Translations under genes and position numbers: made by a program | In this document: piece by piece, positions 51,156 to 64,000 of the stretch | Position numbering within the stretch: position 1 is the first letter of the stretch | Layout of the letters: every line of letters begins with the position of its first letter | Notes under the pieces: model-generated | The model's input: the letters and a program-made list of their open reading frames with translations, nothing else | Database searches by the model: none | What the model was told of the DNA's origin: nothing | Assembly (NCBI GenBank): GCA_040954595.2 | Contig: CM082595.2 | Location: 9,351,918 to 9,415,917, forward strand | Origin: Balanoglossus misakiensis | Taxonomy: Eukaryota; Animalia; Hemichordata | Direction: 5' to 3' | Length of the DNA: 64,000 nucleotides

Positions 51156-53492
51156 CTGTGGAGGATAAAAAGAACACAGTGTTTTTGCAAAGGTCGGGGA
51201 ACACTGGTAATGGATTTGGGAACCCCGTTAATATTCCTATAACCTCCTAATATAACCACATTGATACACCCAGGGGAACCCCGGTAAAATGACTGGGGAA
51301 CTCTGGTAGACTGCCTGACCACTGTGACATTGGCCTTGTTCTGTTGTTTTAATTCGGAGTGACTGGGGTACTCCGGTAGATTTTATCTAGGTACCGCCCT
51401 TAACAAAAACACTAGAACAGAATCACAATTTGGAAGGCATGAGAGGCAAATACCATTTAAGGATGTACACGCACAACATAAACTGATAAACAGTGCATGT
51501 GTGTCTGTTCCTGAAAGGATTACATCGATAATTGCCAGAAAACAAACTTCTACTATTGTCTTTTTCACGAAATTTTACACATACCTCAGTCAAGTAAACG
51601 TAAATTCATTGGTCAAAAAAAAATTATGTGGTCACCAAGCTCTATTATGAGATAAATTGCGTTAAAATCTTCGCCCATAGACAAAGCATTGGTGAAAAAT
51701 GCTGAGACAGCAAATTTCTTCTATTATCAACTAAATTCATGGCTCTGTATTTTTTTTAAAAAGGGCAATGACCCCTACAATTTTTAACGGATTCTCATTA
51801 TACATACACAGCATAATCCAAAAATCCACAATTAAAAGAATGACAATACTTTCAACGTGTATAATACCAGCATACACCTGTTTCAAGTCCAGTGTCCTAA
51901 TACACCATCATCATGAATTGGAACTCAAAGCAAGGCCAATGAGCAAACCCAGATTGACAACTCATTACACCAGCAAAGTGGTTTCTTTATGGAAGTGGTG
52001 GTACCAATAAATACTTTATTCAAGGTAAGAATTTCTTATTGTAGCAGTATTTTCATTTCCATTCATGTTTTAAAGGCCTTTTTTGTAGATTCTGAGTTTC
52101 TATGCCAGACAAAGTATGATTATTTTTCCACTAATGCAGCCTGAATTAAAGTCAACATTTTTCACCATAGGTCTTTCTATGTTATTTTTCTATAGGCATG
52201 GACACATTTAAGTTTATCTCAAAACTGAGCACAGTGGTGAGCCTACAACTTATATGAATCACTCAATTTAATTTCATTTGGATGAGTTATGAGTGAAACT
52301 TCTTAAAATTACAATAGTAGAAAAGGGTTTTCTTTCAATTCTCAATGTTATCCTATGGGAAGAAACACATTCCATGAGCTCATACATGTAGTGTGTGCCA
52401 TTCTTAACCCTTTCAGTATTATATGAATCAGATATAGAAGCTTGTTCAACGTCCCGTTGCGGCCAAGCCAATCAGATTGCACGTTATGTCAATCAAAACT
52501 GAAGGATACCTAAAGTTCTCTATAAGGCACCGTCTGATTGGTTTACTAGAGTTTTCAACGGGAGCTTCTATGGGAGTTGGTCAGATGTAGTGTGAGGCGA
52601 CAGTATAAGAATACCGTACTGCGAAGTAAAAGACGTCGCCGTACCCTACATCTGATTTTAATCAGATTGTATGCACACATAAGCTGGTTTAGAATACTGA
52701 TAAACCCTGATGAAACAATCTCAGTAAAATATATACAGATGAGAATGAGAATGCAGTTAAAGTTAAATATACATTCGTTGTATCTTTTGGCTTTATTTCC
52801 AGTATTTTTGTTCTATGTAGCAAATGCGACTTCATGTTCTACTCCACACAGATTGTTACTTGTCAGCACAGAATGTATGTGTATAATGGCCATTGTCATT
52901 GTTGACAATAATTCATGGATTCTAGTCTGGACTTAAATTCCAATTTGGCACAATAACAATGCTGACCATACACATATATGTTTCATCATGTTTCGGGAAT
53001 TTGCACAAGAAACTGCTAAACAAAGATACTGAAAACATAGGAAAAAGGTAAAGGTAATGGAGCTTTAATTACAATTCACACTGTATACAAAATCCATGTA
53101 AAAATTCAAAATACTGGATTTGTCAGCTTCAACTGATATGGGGGTCACACAAGAAATTGCTAAAACGTCTCAGATCAAATACTGGCATAAATTATTATTG
53201 GTGAATGGTTTAAGTGGTCCTGAATCTTCTCAGATTTGAGACACGTCTCTTACCAGGTTCACACAGGGTAAAATTTGAGACACTATTAGTCTATGGTAAA
53301 CACAGAGCGTTAATACTTTGGGGGGGGGGGGGGTTAGCTGGGCAGGCCCGCCCTCCTTTATTTTTTGCCACCCTGCTATCTTACGCGCCGCCCTGCTTTC
53401 TTTTCATTCCCGCCTTGGTAAATATTTATTGTTTCTGGTGCACGCTCCCGCATGCGGCTGGCATTTGAGAGAATGATATTTATTCAGTTTAG

Positions 53493-54584
53493 GGATGTTT
53501 TGTCGCCTTTGTACAAAACACAAGCAGAAGGCCAAGTGCGGAGGGACTTGGGTTACAACATCTCCATGTACATGTACCACCCTTCGCGAAGACAAACTCA
53601 AGCAGCATGAAGAGACGATTATCGACCGGGCGGCAATGCAGCTTGACGCCGAGGCAGCAGTTATGGAGAACAGCAGCGGTCTTGTGGCTGCATTTGACAA
53701 GGTCATCACCTTTGAGACGCAAGCCTTCATGCATCGGCGTCCTACGATGCATGTATTTTCTCATGCACAGAGAATTGCCGCACACCACCAACTTCATCCA
53801 TGTTTTGGAATTGGCAAAGTCCCTCGGGTGTTCATTCCTTGGTACTCTCAGCAGTGATGACCACAACTATAATGGTTTATTGCATTGGTAAGTAGGTCTA
53901 CTGATTTTTGTGCAGATCTAAATTGTAGGCAATGTAGTAACATTTATTTAAACCTGGTTGTTTTCAAGAAAGGATCACTGTTTAAGCAATAGTGTTACAC
54001 TCAATAAAGAATAATTACTGTACAAATTACTGTGAATTTTGATAAGTTTAATCTGAAGAGTAATTTTCATTTATTTCATTTTTCAGGCAAAGTCATCCGT
54101 GATGAGATTTTAGAGAAGATGAAAGGAAGTAACTTCTATTCACTGTTAATAGATGAAAACAACTGATGTGGCTGTATTGAAGCAATTAATCATCTATTCC
54201 AAGTACACCTTGAAGTCTGGGAAGTCAGTTGTGTCTTTCCTTGGAGTTAAAGAAGTAAGTGGAAAGTTTTTCAATTTTTAAGTCTACACTGAATTAAAAA
54301 CATACGATTAAACATGTTTTTGAGTGACCTCATTTAATTGATTTTGCTGACTAGTTATTTCAGGTGAGACAAACATTGAGTTGTACATTGCATGTGTTAA
54401 CATCAAGGTTTTATTTTCACTGTTTTAGGTTGGTGATGGCAGAGCAGACACCATTGCACAGTCAGTGAAAGAGTTTTCTTCAGAGAATGGTATTGTCTTA
54501 AGAGATCGTCTGTCTGCTTTGGGCAGTGATGGTGCTCCTGTTATGCTAGGACAGAAAGGAGGGGTGGCTACCAAACTAAAAGAA
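53493..54584 (+). pseudogene. Intron-containing hAT transposase (ZNF862-like) remnant; exons 53493-53887, 54087-54254, 54429-54584
   Basis: MFCRLCTKH zinc-finger-like start; MYFLMHRELPHTTNF; FYSLLIDE(T)TDVAVLKQLIIY; LGSDGAPVMLGQKGGVATKLKE (hAT catalytic D motifs); AG/GT junctions; frameshifts at ~53730 and ~54158. Confidence 0.85.
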
Positions 54585-55393
54585 GTGAGTGAAATTTTGA
54601 GTTGTGAAGACATTGTGATTTTGTAAGTTTTTAGTTGGTGTCTTTATATCGTGACAATAATAATAGTAATAATTAAAGCTCCAAGCAGCATTGAAGGGGC
54701 CCAAGCATAGAGATAATAACCATTAGACTCCATTCAGGGTTGTACCATTCAATTGCGTAGGCTGTATTTGCTCTGGATGTGGAGATATGGGGAAGTAGGC
54801 AACCACCCGAAATGGATGTCCTACAAGTACAAACACAACAACCACAAGTGAACTTCTACGTTATGTAAGGACTTCAGTTAAGTACTTCAAAGGTCAGCTG
54901 AGGGTACCCAAAAATTGGGCCAAAAATTTGGATTCCTATTTGGTTCATATTCAAGACAACGGAAAATTCTCGCCCTTTGGGTTTTTAAAATTAGGTATGG
55001 CCATAATAATGAGTTACGCAAGTAAGTTACAGGTGGCCCTAGGAATTTAGCATTTCATGACGGTCCTACCCTACCCCTCCAAACACGTGGCTATATATGA
55101 TGTGCATGCTAACATATGGAAAGCAGGTCAATGGACACCTGAGGTCATTCAAAAATTTGACAGAAAAATTTCATTCCTGTTTATGTCTTGTGCAACAAAT
55201 CCTACATTTGCAGCCCTTTCACTTTGCCTAACATTAGGTATGCACGTAATACATGAATCAAGCAGGTGTCAAAGGTATCCCCCTGTATTTGGCATTTCAT
55301 GATAGTTTCATCCCTCCAAATACCAAAGCTGCACCTGTACAACGGGATGAGATATGGCACTCTATGACAGAGGTCATCCAAATCACCTTATAC

Positions 55394-56575
55394 ATCAATC
55401 AATCAATCAATCAGAGAAATTTGTATAGCGCCAGTATCTATAACAAGTGTCATACTCAAAGGCGCTTGTGCTCATTGGCCCACACCATATGCTCTTGCGA
55501 AATAATGCGTCTTCAGTCTTTTCTTAAAGATACTCAAACTTGGAGCTTGACGAATGTTCCACAGTTTCGTTGCAGCATGAGAGAATGCTCGGCCACCGTA
55601 TGAAGAACGTTTGTACATTGTAGTGCATAAAAGGCTCTTATTAGCTGAACGAAGCCTGCGACCAGGAGAATATGTCCGAATGAGATCGCGGATATAGTTC
55701 GGAGCGAGATTATTTAAGGCTTTGTATGTGAGCAGATTTATTTTATACTCTATCCTGTGGCAAACTGGTAACCAATGAAGAAGTTGAAGAACTGGCGTTA
55801 TATGGGCAGATTTCCTGGACCGAGTTATGATTCTTGCAGCTGTATTTTGTGTGCGTTGTAGAAGGTTCAGACTGCGTTCTGGTATACCATACAGTAATGC
55901 ATTACCATAGTCGAGTTTCGCTGCCAAAATAGCATGAATCACTGTTTGACATGTTGCTTTGTTAAGAAATTTCCTGATTTGTCCGACACGGCGAAAGTGG
56001 TAATATATTGATTGACAAGTTTTCTTGATGTGATCTTTATACATGTGCGTATTGTCAATTATATTATACCAGTATATTGATGGTGTAAATCACGCTATTT
56101 GATTAGTCGAGACACGACACGTGACCGTGATATATTAGCCATATACCACAGTCATATATCATAGTTAAAGAAAATGCCTTTTTAAAATGTTTTATGCAAA
56201 GTTTCAATATACTGGCATAATATAATAGCAATAAAACACCCCCAGCCATGGTATACCACTCGATTTTGACCAGTTCAACTCCATATACGCACTCGCTATC
56301 GCTCGTGCGTATATGTCGTGAACTGGTCAAAATCTCGTGATATACCATGGCTGGGGGTGTTTTATTGCTTAAATATTACACCAATATTGCGAGCTGATTT
56401 AACGACGGGAACAGAGCTTGAACCAATGGTAATCTTGTCAATAGCATCAGCAGAGTGATGAAATTGTGAACGAATAAGTAGAATCTCAGTTTTTGGAGTC
56501 GTTGAGTTGAAGCTTGTTTTGGGTCATCCAGTCCTTAAGATCACGGATACAGGCCTCAATGGACATTTGGGCAAA
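55394..56575 (-). mobile_element. L2-clade LINE, 5'-truncated (RT C-terminal region)
   Basis: WMTQNKL.LN..KTE; KLDYGNALLYG..LQRTQNTAARII..HITPVLQLLHWLPV..FKKRLKTHYF; (attg)n 3' tail at 55394-55412. Confidence 0.92.
56064..56375. mobile_element. Hairpin-ended non-autonomous element inserted in the L2 (Crypton-like; tentative)
   Basis: Near-perfect ~145-bp palindrome at 56227-56370 with loop cgcactcgctatcgctcgtgcg; the L2 frame resumes on both sides. Confidence 0.75.
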
Positions 56576-57279
56576 AACCAACTGACACTTACATTCGTCC
56601 CTGTGGAACAAAAACCACACCTATCGCCCTGTTGGTTAGTGTCCAATTAAATGTACAAAATCAATGACTTAGGCAGGTGCAACAGACGACCCCGCCTTTG
56701 GTATATCATTATGGTCCCATCCGTATATGCCCCCCCCCCTCCCAAGCCAAAGCTGCATGCATCTGCTGTGGATGCTCACTAAGCAAAAGTAGGTGAAAGG
56801 TCACATAAGGTCGCCCACAACTTGACGGGAAAATCGGACTTCATATTGATCCATGTGCAACAAATAGCACGCTACCACCCCTTTCATTGACCCCACAATT
56901 ACGCATGCACATAATTATTGAGTTATGCAGGTGTCACAGGTGACACCCGAATCGGGTGTATTATTTTAGTCCCATACAGCTGCATGTAGCTGCGTGCCGT
57001 TACGGGCGACCTGATAACCCACACGGCCACCTGCGGGCCGACCCCCATACTGAACGTCCAGTTGCAACATCACGACTGAAGTAGGAACTTTTGAACGGCA
57101 ACGAAGCCTGATCTCTGATTATTGCTGGTACCATACTCCTGTCGTGCAAGAAAATCACTGGTCTGCTGACGTATTTCAGCCAATTTCCCAAACTACTATC
57201 CACTACATGTGACTACAATGCTAATGAAACCTCCCACAACATTAGCGACTTAGGGTCAAAGTCCACTGTTTTAAATTTT

Positions 57280-59802
57280 TTCACCGGTTTTACTTTAAAG
57301 GATGCCCACAAACTGCAACAGTAAATATTACTACAATATGCCAAAAATAAAACTTTCTTCACATCTTGACTAAAATGTTGAAAATGTCTCAATAGCATGT
57401 TTGCTCTAACACAAAATGCTCTTCTCTGTCGTTCAATATCTTCATTATCACAACCCTCACAAGATATAACATGGCCCAGATAGGTGTGTACAGGTACAAA
57501 CTTTAAAGTGATGTCATTAAGTTTAACCGAAGGATTTCTTTGAACGCTCATATTCTTCCCATTAAAACGCATGCACACAGTTTTACTAGAATTATAAATT
57601 ATATCATAATCCTTGCCATAAATTTCACAAATTCTAAGAAGACGGTGTAGACCCTTAATACTTGGACTGAGTAGAGTCATGTCGTCAGCGTAACCTAAAG
57701 TGTTAGCGCTGACACCACACATGGTACAGCCAACTTTGGCTTTACAGAGTGCATTGATAAGATCATCAATGTAGACATTAAAAAGATAGGGAGAGAGTAC
57801 TCCCCCTTGTCTTACACCGTTAGAAACAGAAAACAACTCTGAGGTTTCATTACCCCACAACACAGTAAACAATTGATTTCTGTACCATTAAAGGTCACAT
57901 GTCATGCTTTGGAAAGTTTTCATTTTTCCACGTCAAAAGCTCACCTAGGGTACCTGTCTATGCATTGCCTATTGTGTCGGTTCCGAAAAATGTGCACGAA
58001 TGCCGGAATTTGCCACCTTTTTTCATGCCTGTGATCGGGGAGCCACTTCGCACTCGAGCCAGGCGAAGGTATTTGCATATGGACAAACAAGTACACTATG
58101 TCGTAGTGTACCATTCTGTTTACAGTAAAGTGTAATTATCGGTCCATGAGTAATTAAGTCCACAGACAAAGATAAGCTATATAAACAGTGTTCAAAGCAA
58201 AGGAAGCCCTTGCCTCACATTGCAGGCAGAGGATTTACAAAGGTGTGAAAGACTATTTGTCCACATCAAGATAAGTCTTCGGCTTAACTTCGAAAAGCCA
58301 AAAAAAATCGACTGAGTTGGGTTAGGGGTACACGCCCACCCGCCACTTTTACTTGCTTGTTATCTAAGCACAAGGGGCAAAACGCATTGCAAGATAGTAA
58401 CATACGTTAACTTCAAGACCCAAATAGTGATTTTACGCGTGGTTGTATAGGGCATGGCATGGGACCTTTAATATAAAATTCGTACAGCATACAAGGGAAC
58501 ATTCCTGTCGATGAGCTTGTTAACCAGTTTAAAGTGATTAACTCTGTCAAAAGCTTTTGAAGCATCCAGAAAACAAGTAAACACTGGTCTTCCATTGCTG
58601 GTGTAGTAGCTAATGATTTCTTTAAATGCAAATAAACACAGGTCAGTTGAATGTTCTCGCTTGAAACCAAATTGTAAATAATGAGAGGTAAGAAACTCCT
58701 CACAACGAGAAAGTAAAATAGGCTCAAAAACTTTAGAGAAAACAGTTGCTAGTGCTATCGGCCGGTAGTTACTGGCATCACTACAAAGCTTAGTTTTATC
58801 CTTAATTGGAACTAAAATAACTTTGATAGCCTCAGTTTGCAGGTAACCATGAACAATCAAGTCAAAATGGGTAAAATAGAGGAGTCTGAGAATTTGAGGT
58901 GCTCAGCTGAAATATTGTCAATGCCAGCTGTCTTATCGTCAGGTAACTTATGTATAGCAGAAATTACTTCTTCTTCAGAAACATACATATCAGAAGAAAA
59001 TTTAACATACTTCATTTTCTCCTCGATGTCATTTTTACCAGTCTGAGCCTGGACAGAATTCAAAATATCACTGAAATGCTTGTGCCACATAATTGCAATT
59101 TCACTCTCACCAGTCGCTCCACCTACAGTGTCAGAAAGCGGCATTTTTCTGCTAGTTTGCTTTCTGACTTCCTTCCAGAAGTCGTTCTGTTTGTGGCAGC
59201 GTAAATTGTCAGCCATCTTGTCAGCCCTATTTTGATTCTCAATCTTTTTACAAGCACGTAAAGCATACTTAAAACGAGCTCTGGAAGATTTCATGGTTTC
59301 AAAAAGCGGGCCTTGTTAAGGTTTACCCCCATTAACCCATAATAAAAACATGGAACGGGCATAGTCGTGACTTTCTTTTACAAAATCGTTCCAGCCAGGC
59401 ACAACATGAACTTTCTGGTGAAACTTACGCCTAATGGTATCTTTTGCAGCACAATTCAATGCGTCCACAACACTACTATAACAAGTATCAATTGCCTGTA
59501 AATGCGAAGGGTATGTACAGTTCACATTAGTGCAGAATAACTCTTCGGATATATTAATCTTATCAACCTTGGCTTTGGTACAACGGGTGTAGGCGGATAT
59601 ATTCTGCTGTGACAATTTTTTCCAATCAACTCGAAAATTACATTGCTTGAAGGAACTACTGCTGAAGCATTCATCAGCAGAAGTGTTGAAATGAACCTCT
59701 ATTGAAACAGGAATATGGTCGGAGTCAACAACATTGCAAAGACTCGAAATTGAAAGAACATTGCTATAAAAAATTTTAGTGGTAACACAGTGGTCAATCC
59801 AA
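57280..59802 (-). mobile_element. Non-LTR retrotransposon ORF2 fragment (APE C-terminus plus RT; RTE-X-like), decayed
   Basis: WIDHC and SDH (endonuclease end), ARFKYALR, NYRPIAL, QFGF, FLDASKAFDRV, GVRQGGVLSPYLFNVYIDDL, YADD, YLG; stop at 59316-59318 and frameshift at ~58860. Confidence 0.9.
57892..58467. mobile_element. TTAA-target MITE (Kolobok-like) inserted in the RT
   Basis: ttaa|aggtcacatgtcatgc ... gcatggcatgggacct|ttaa; RT reads VRILY / WYRNQ across it. Confidence 0.9.
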
Positions 59803-61137
59803 ACTCAGCGTAATTCAATAAAACGCCCTAACACAGCCTGAACTCCGATAATGTGTTGTCCCAAAATTCATTCCGTGGAAAATAATCACTGGTCTGTTTA
59901 CGTATTTCAGCCGATTTTCCAAGGACTACTGCAACCCGCCAGAAGTGAGTAGCCTGCTAATGAGATCTCCACAACATTACGTAATGACGGTCAAAGTCCG
60001 ATGCCCCGGTGTCCGTCCTCAGCCCACCAAAAAATGCGAAAAAATATTACAAAAATCTTCTTCTCAAAATCGACGTGGCCTAGGACCTTGAAATTTGGCA
60101 CAGGGGATTTTGGCCACATGGTCTACAAAAATCGCGAAAAGAATGTACATGCCCCCATTAACGTGCAAATTAGGTCAATTTGAAAATTTCGCTCGATTAT
60201 AGCCACAAAGTCACGTGACTAATTACAAATTCAAAGGGCAGGTGCACCAGTACTCATGGGCCCCAACCACCGTGCCAAATTTGGAGGCGCACCTGCCGGA
60301 ATTTCAGAGAAAAACGGGCGCAAAAAAACGACTCAAGAAGAAAGAAGACAAACTCCAGCAATAAGAGAAGGGGACCAAGCGCCTGAGGGCTCTTGGTCCC
60401 CTAAATATGGGACTAAACTTGACAGATACCCGGAATATTTTCCTATTTAGGATACCTGGTTGCATTTCCACCTAAAGGCGTCCTATTGGCGTGGAAATTG
60501 TATAACTTGAAATCGTTTGACTGGGTGATAGGTATTAATATCTTATGATGTTATAAAACACTTGGCTCGCCAAAGGTAAGGACCGATTATAGCGTCAGTC
60601 GTGTCATAAAATCTATATGAACGTCATGGGTCAATAAACTTGATGGTCCAATAAAATTTAATGGTTCGTAAAACTATTGTGTCCAATGTCTGCAGAGTAT
60701 ACTGGCTGCAACATGTGTATGAGTCAGGATTAACGGCTGTAGCCATCAACCCAAAAGGTGAACGTCCTATTCTCACTAACTTAAATAGGTTTTGCGACCT
60801 AGTTGAGTTATAAAAACCTTATGATAAAGTCGACACAATTTCAAGATGACGATGTGCAAATGAGAGTTCATAAGCTAAAGTAAAGTTCAATGAATTCTAT
60901 ACAAAGTTCAAAAAAGATTTTTTACTAAAGGAAGACATGAACAAACTGATATCGTCTCTTCATATTCGTACATGTCCAACTGTTGTGATTTGACCCCCCC
61001 CCCCCCCCCATGGTACATGAACCTATTACTTAGTACACACTTAAACAATTGGCATTTGAAGTGCCTTGCTTGACAGTGTTTAATGCGGTGGTCAGCCGCG
61101 TTTATCTCTCGCCACTTCATGCATCATGTCGCCTTAA

Positions 61138-61432
61138 AGGGACAAACTCTCTCTCTCGTCGCCCTTTTCTATTAATTATGTTTGATACAAGACACCGTTT
61201 ATATTAATGGGCATGTGTATATGTAGTGAATGAACGTTCAACCACACACAACTTCCATCCTGCTTGTATGATATGAGAGTAAAAACTCGCCCAAAATGAA
61301 TTAATGGTAGAGACCGATTTTTCAGTTTTGCGAGTTTTCGCTCTCGTGTCTACATGCGGGATGGAAGGTGTGTGCGGTTGAACGTTGCATCACTATATAT
61401 CCACATTTACATTAACATAAACGGTGTTTTGT
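61138..61432. mobile_element. TTAA-target MITE family A (right end truncated)
   Basis: ttaaagggacaaactctctctctcg start and the same internal arms as 5405-5753. Confidence 0.8.
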
Positions 61433-62037
61433 ATTGTCATTTCTTTTAATCGTGGATTTTCGTTTCTGATTTGTATGTATAATGAAAATCCATTTTGGGT
61501 CACTGCACTTGTTTTCGACTTTAAACAAGGCCGTGAATTTAGTCGATAATTGAAGAAAACTGCTGACGGTCAGCATTTTCTACCAATGGTTTGCCTATGG
61601 ATACAATATTGAACAAAGTTTATCTCAAAATAGAGCGTGATGAATTTATTTTGATTTGTCGGAGCTATGTGTAAAATTTCATGAAAATGACAATAGTAGA
61701 AGTGAGTTTTCTAACTATTCTCCATGTACTCCTATGGGAAGAGACACAGGCGCACAGTTTACCAGTTGACGACCTCTAAAGAGGAAACGGGGGGGGGGGA
61801 TGATGAAAGGTTTAAGACTTACAGATCACAACTTAAAGAGCCATTCAGAAAGAGGCTTAGAGTGGAGTATCAAATCGGACGATACCACTGACTGGTGGAG
61901 GAAGACAAAATAAGCAAACTGAGTAGATGAGTGCTCAGATTTCTTCAGAGGACCAAACGTTTCAAAGAATTATACGTGACAATCCATGCCTGGTCCGTCA
62001 GTAGATATAAACAGAACATTGTGGCTGTATTCATTAA

Positions 62038-62328
62038 AGGGACAAAGTCTCTCTCTCGCTGCCCTTTTTCCATTAATTATGTTTGATACAAGACTGCGTT
62101 TATATTATTCTACATATGGATATAGTGAACCAACGTTCAACCATACACACCTTCCACCCCGCTTGTATAGACACGAGAGTTTTAAAAAGTAGCCAAAATG
62201 AATAAACGGTCTCTACCATTTATTCATTTCGGGCGAGTTTTTACTCTCGTATCATACAAGCCGGATGGAAGTTGTGTGTGGTTGAACGTTCATTCACTAA
62301 CATAAACGGTGTCTTGTATCATGTCCCT
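62038..62328. mobile_element. TTAA-target MITE family A
   Basis: ttaa|agggacaaagtctctc ... tgtccct|ttaa. Confidence 0.85.
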
Positions 62329-62395
62329 TTAACACTTTTGAAGCATTTTACTAATGCTAACATGACTAGACCAATTGAATGATGTTACATTGCAG

Positions 62396-62477
62396 GTTAT
62401 CAACTCAGAGGGGCGTCTTGTTATAAAGCGGTACCTGACAAACAATCAGCTGGCAACGCTGAAAATACCTGTCAGTC
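62396..62477 (+). CDS. C-type lectin domain N-terminal exon (possibly a second uif-like gene)
   Basis: cattgcag|...|gtaagt; phase 1 to 2; YQLRGASCYKAVPDKQSAGNAENTCQ (CTLD SCY...A...C pattern). Confidence 0.72.
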
Positions 62478-63109
62478 GTAAGTATGAAAGTATACATCAT
62501 TTGAGTAGAATTTTACGGGAGTTCCTAACAAGGCTTGGACATGTCACGCACAAATACAAAGGGCGCGTATAAAGACAGACAAAACCTCGCTCAGTGTGAG
62601 GTGTTCAGCGATTGCATCTGATAAGTCGAAAATGCTTGATCACGTGTCATGTTCAGTTGGGAAATTGGATATGTCTCAGGCCAAAAAAACTAATATGTGC
62701 TATTCCGATTACATGGTTTTCAAAAATATTGTAGGTAGAAAGGGACATTTTTTTATTTTTCAATTTTTTTTATATCTTTGGCCGTCGTAGTGTAGAAGAA
62801 TGACATCATAGTTCTTGCGTGATTCTCGCAATTTTCATGAATTGTTTTATATTTGACATCGTTATTTTTACTTCCGGTTTGCGAAGATCTAAACTGTTTT
62901 GGGTCGGCGGGCTAAAATTAGGGTAGTTCGGGTAATCGTTATGACATTGGGAGCTACGGCTGCAAAGCCATGTGTCTCGTGCGAAAAGGGCCCTTAACCT
63001 TTTGCAATATTTAACAGCAAACAACAGACAGTTTTGAGAATAAAAGGTTTCCGTCGTGTCTGACTTTCATATCGCATTAATAGCATATCCCTAATTTTAA
63101 AGAAATTAG

Positions 63110-63350
63110 GAGAGACAGAGTGAAACAGGCAGAGTGGCAGACAGACACAAGCAGACAGACAGAGCAACATTCATCAGTAGAGACACTCACCGGTCGCTCG
63201 CTCGCTCGCTCGCTCACTCTCTCTCTCAGAGAGAGGGGGCAGACAGTCAGACAGACCGACGTTGACAGACAGTCAGTAAGTCAGTCAGCCAGTTAATCAG
63301 TCAGTCAGACGTCAAAGACACAGTGACACAAACACAGCGAGGGAGACAAC
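63110..63350. repeat. Mixed microsatellite tract ((gaca)n, (cgct)n, (ct)n, (gtca)n)
   Basis: Direct reading. Confidence 0.8.
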
Positions 63351-64000
63351 AGGACCTTTCATGCTTAAACCCCTGTTCTTCTGTTATAAACTTTGAAAAC
63401 CGTTCGTTTTCAGACTGCAGATTGCTCGAATAACGCGACACACTGCCGAAACAATAAAACAAATACTAGTGGGAGCTCATAAAATAAAATCGCTCAACCA
63501 TTCCGTCGTCCTGAGTGACCTCAGCCACATTAATTCCGACGTCTTTTTAGGGTCATGAAAAAAGTCACAAATAAGGTATTTCCCCTAGGTCCACCTGAAG
63601 CAAAAAGTTTTCGTTTCGACTCCATCATTCCGAATAGTAAGAAAGCAACAAAATTGAAAAGACAGATGTAAAATGCAATCTCTCTCACGTGGTAACGTTT
63701 GTAACTATGGCAATCACGGTACGTGTTCAGTACACAGACAGGGAGAAAAGTTTCTCCATGCAATACATGTGTTCAGTAAGGTTTGACCTTGGTTTTACTT
63801 TGTACCATGACCGCCGCTTTCTAAGCATGGATGAACGACGGCGGTCAGACCCAATCGAACCCTTTCATGTCAGATGACCACGGTATCTCCAGTGTGAGAT
63901 GACATTTGACAAACCATTTGATTTCAACAAAATCTTCGCGTCGTCAACGCGTCGCATACCAGTCGCATATCGGTATTTACCCAATCATAAAAGTTGGAAA

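Larger units (their letters stand above)
54671..60404 (-). mobile_element. Helentron/HINE-like non-autonomous element containing nested LINE fragments
   Basis: Terminal hairpin ggggaccaag..cttggtcccc at 60370-60401 next to an (aaga)n tract; partner sub-TIR aaggggcccaagc at 54694-54706 next to a small agctccaagcagc end; internal direct repeat ~57150-57265/~59880-60000. Confidence 0.65.

Noticed and set aside
51895-52024. Possible + strand exon ending caag|gtaaga
   Set aside because: No clear acceptor, stops in all three frames and no recognisable domain

Overview
AT-rich, intron- and repeat-rich animal DNA, most likely from a marine invertebrate; no prokaryotic features. (1) 0.3-11.9 kb, + strand: 14 exons of an uninflatable (uif)-like gene (C-type lectin, 3 CUB, 4 Sushi/CCP, 2 Ca-EGF). 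It carries several independent disabling lesions and no further exons were found after 11.9 kb. (2) 12.7-23.2 kb: a homogeneous 90/74-bp satellite with higher-order structure; its long ORFs are artefacts. (3) 23.9-46.3 kb: repeats, including a 50-bp minisatellite, an L2 3' end, Helentron/HINE-like elements, TTAA-target and TA-target MITEs, a ~4-5 kb direct segmental duplication, and a 2.84-kb foldback element whose inverted 69-bp arrays hold about 30 GGAAATTTCC (kappaB-type) palindromes. (4) Minus strand, 35.6-47.3 kb: a set of short, related, splice-signal-flanked exons without a credible long ORF. Two exon types are mutually complementary and would fold into a hairpin closing at their splice junction; this is the most unusual signal in the window. 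(5) 49.5-60.4 kb: a ~170-bp degenerate satellite, an orphan terminal coding exon, an intron-containing ZNF862-like hAT transposase pseudogene, and a Helentron-like element containing L2 and RTE-X-like LINE fragments that each carry a MITE. (6) 62.4 kb: a C-type lectin N-terminal exon, possibly the start of a second uif-like paralog. All calls come from manual reading and translation; no database searches or folding programs were run.
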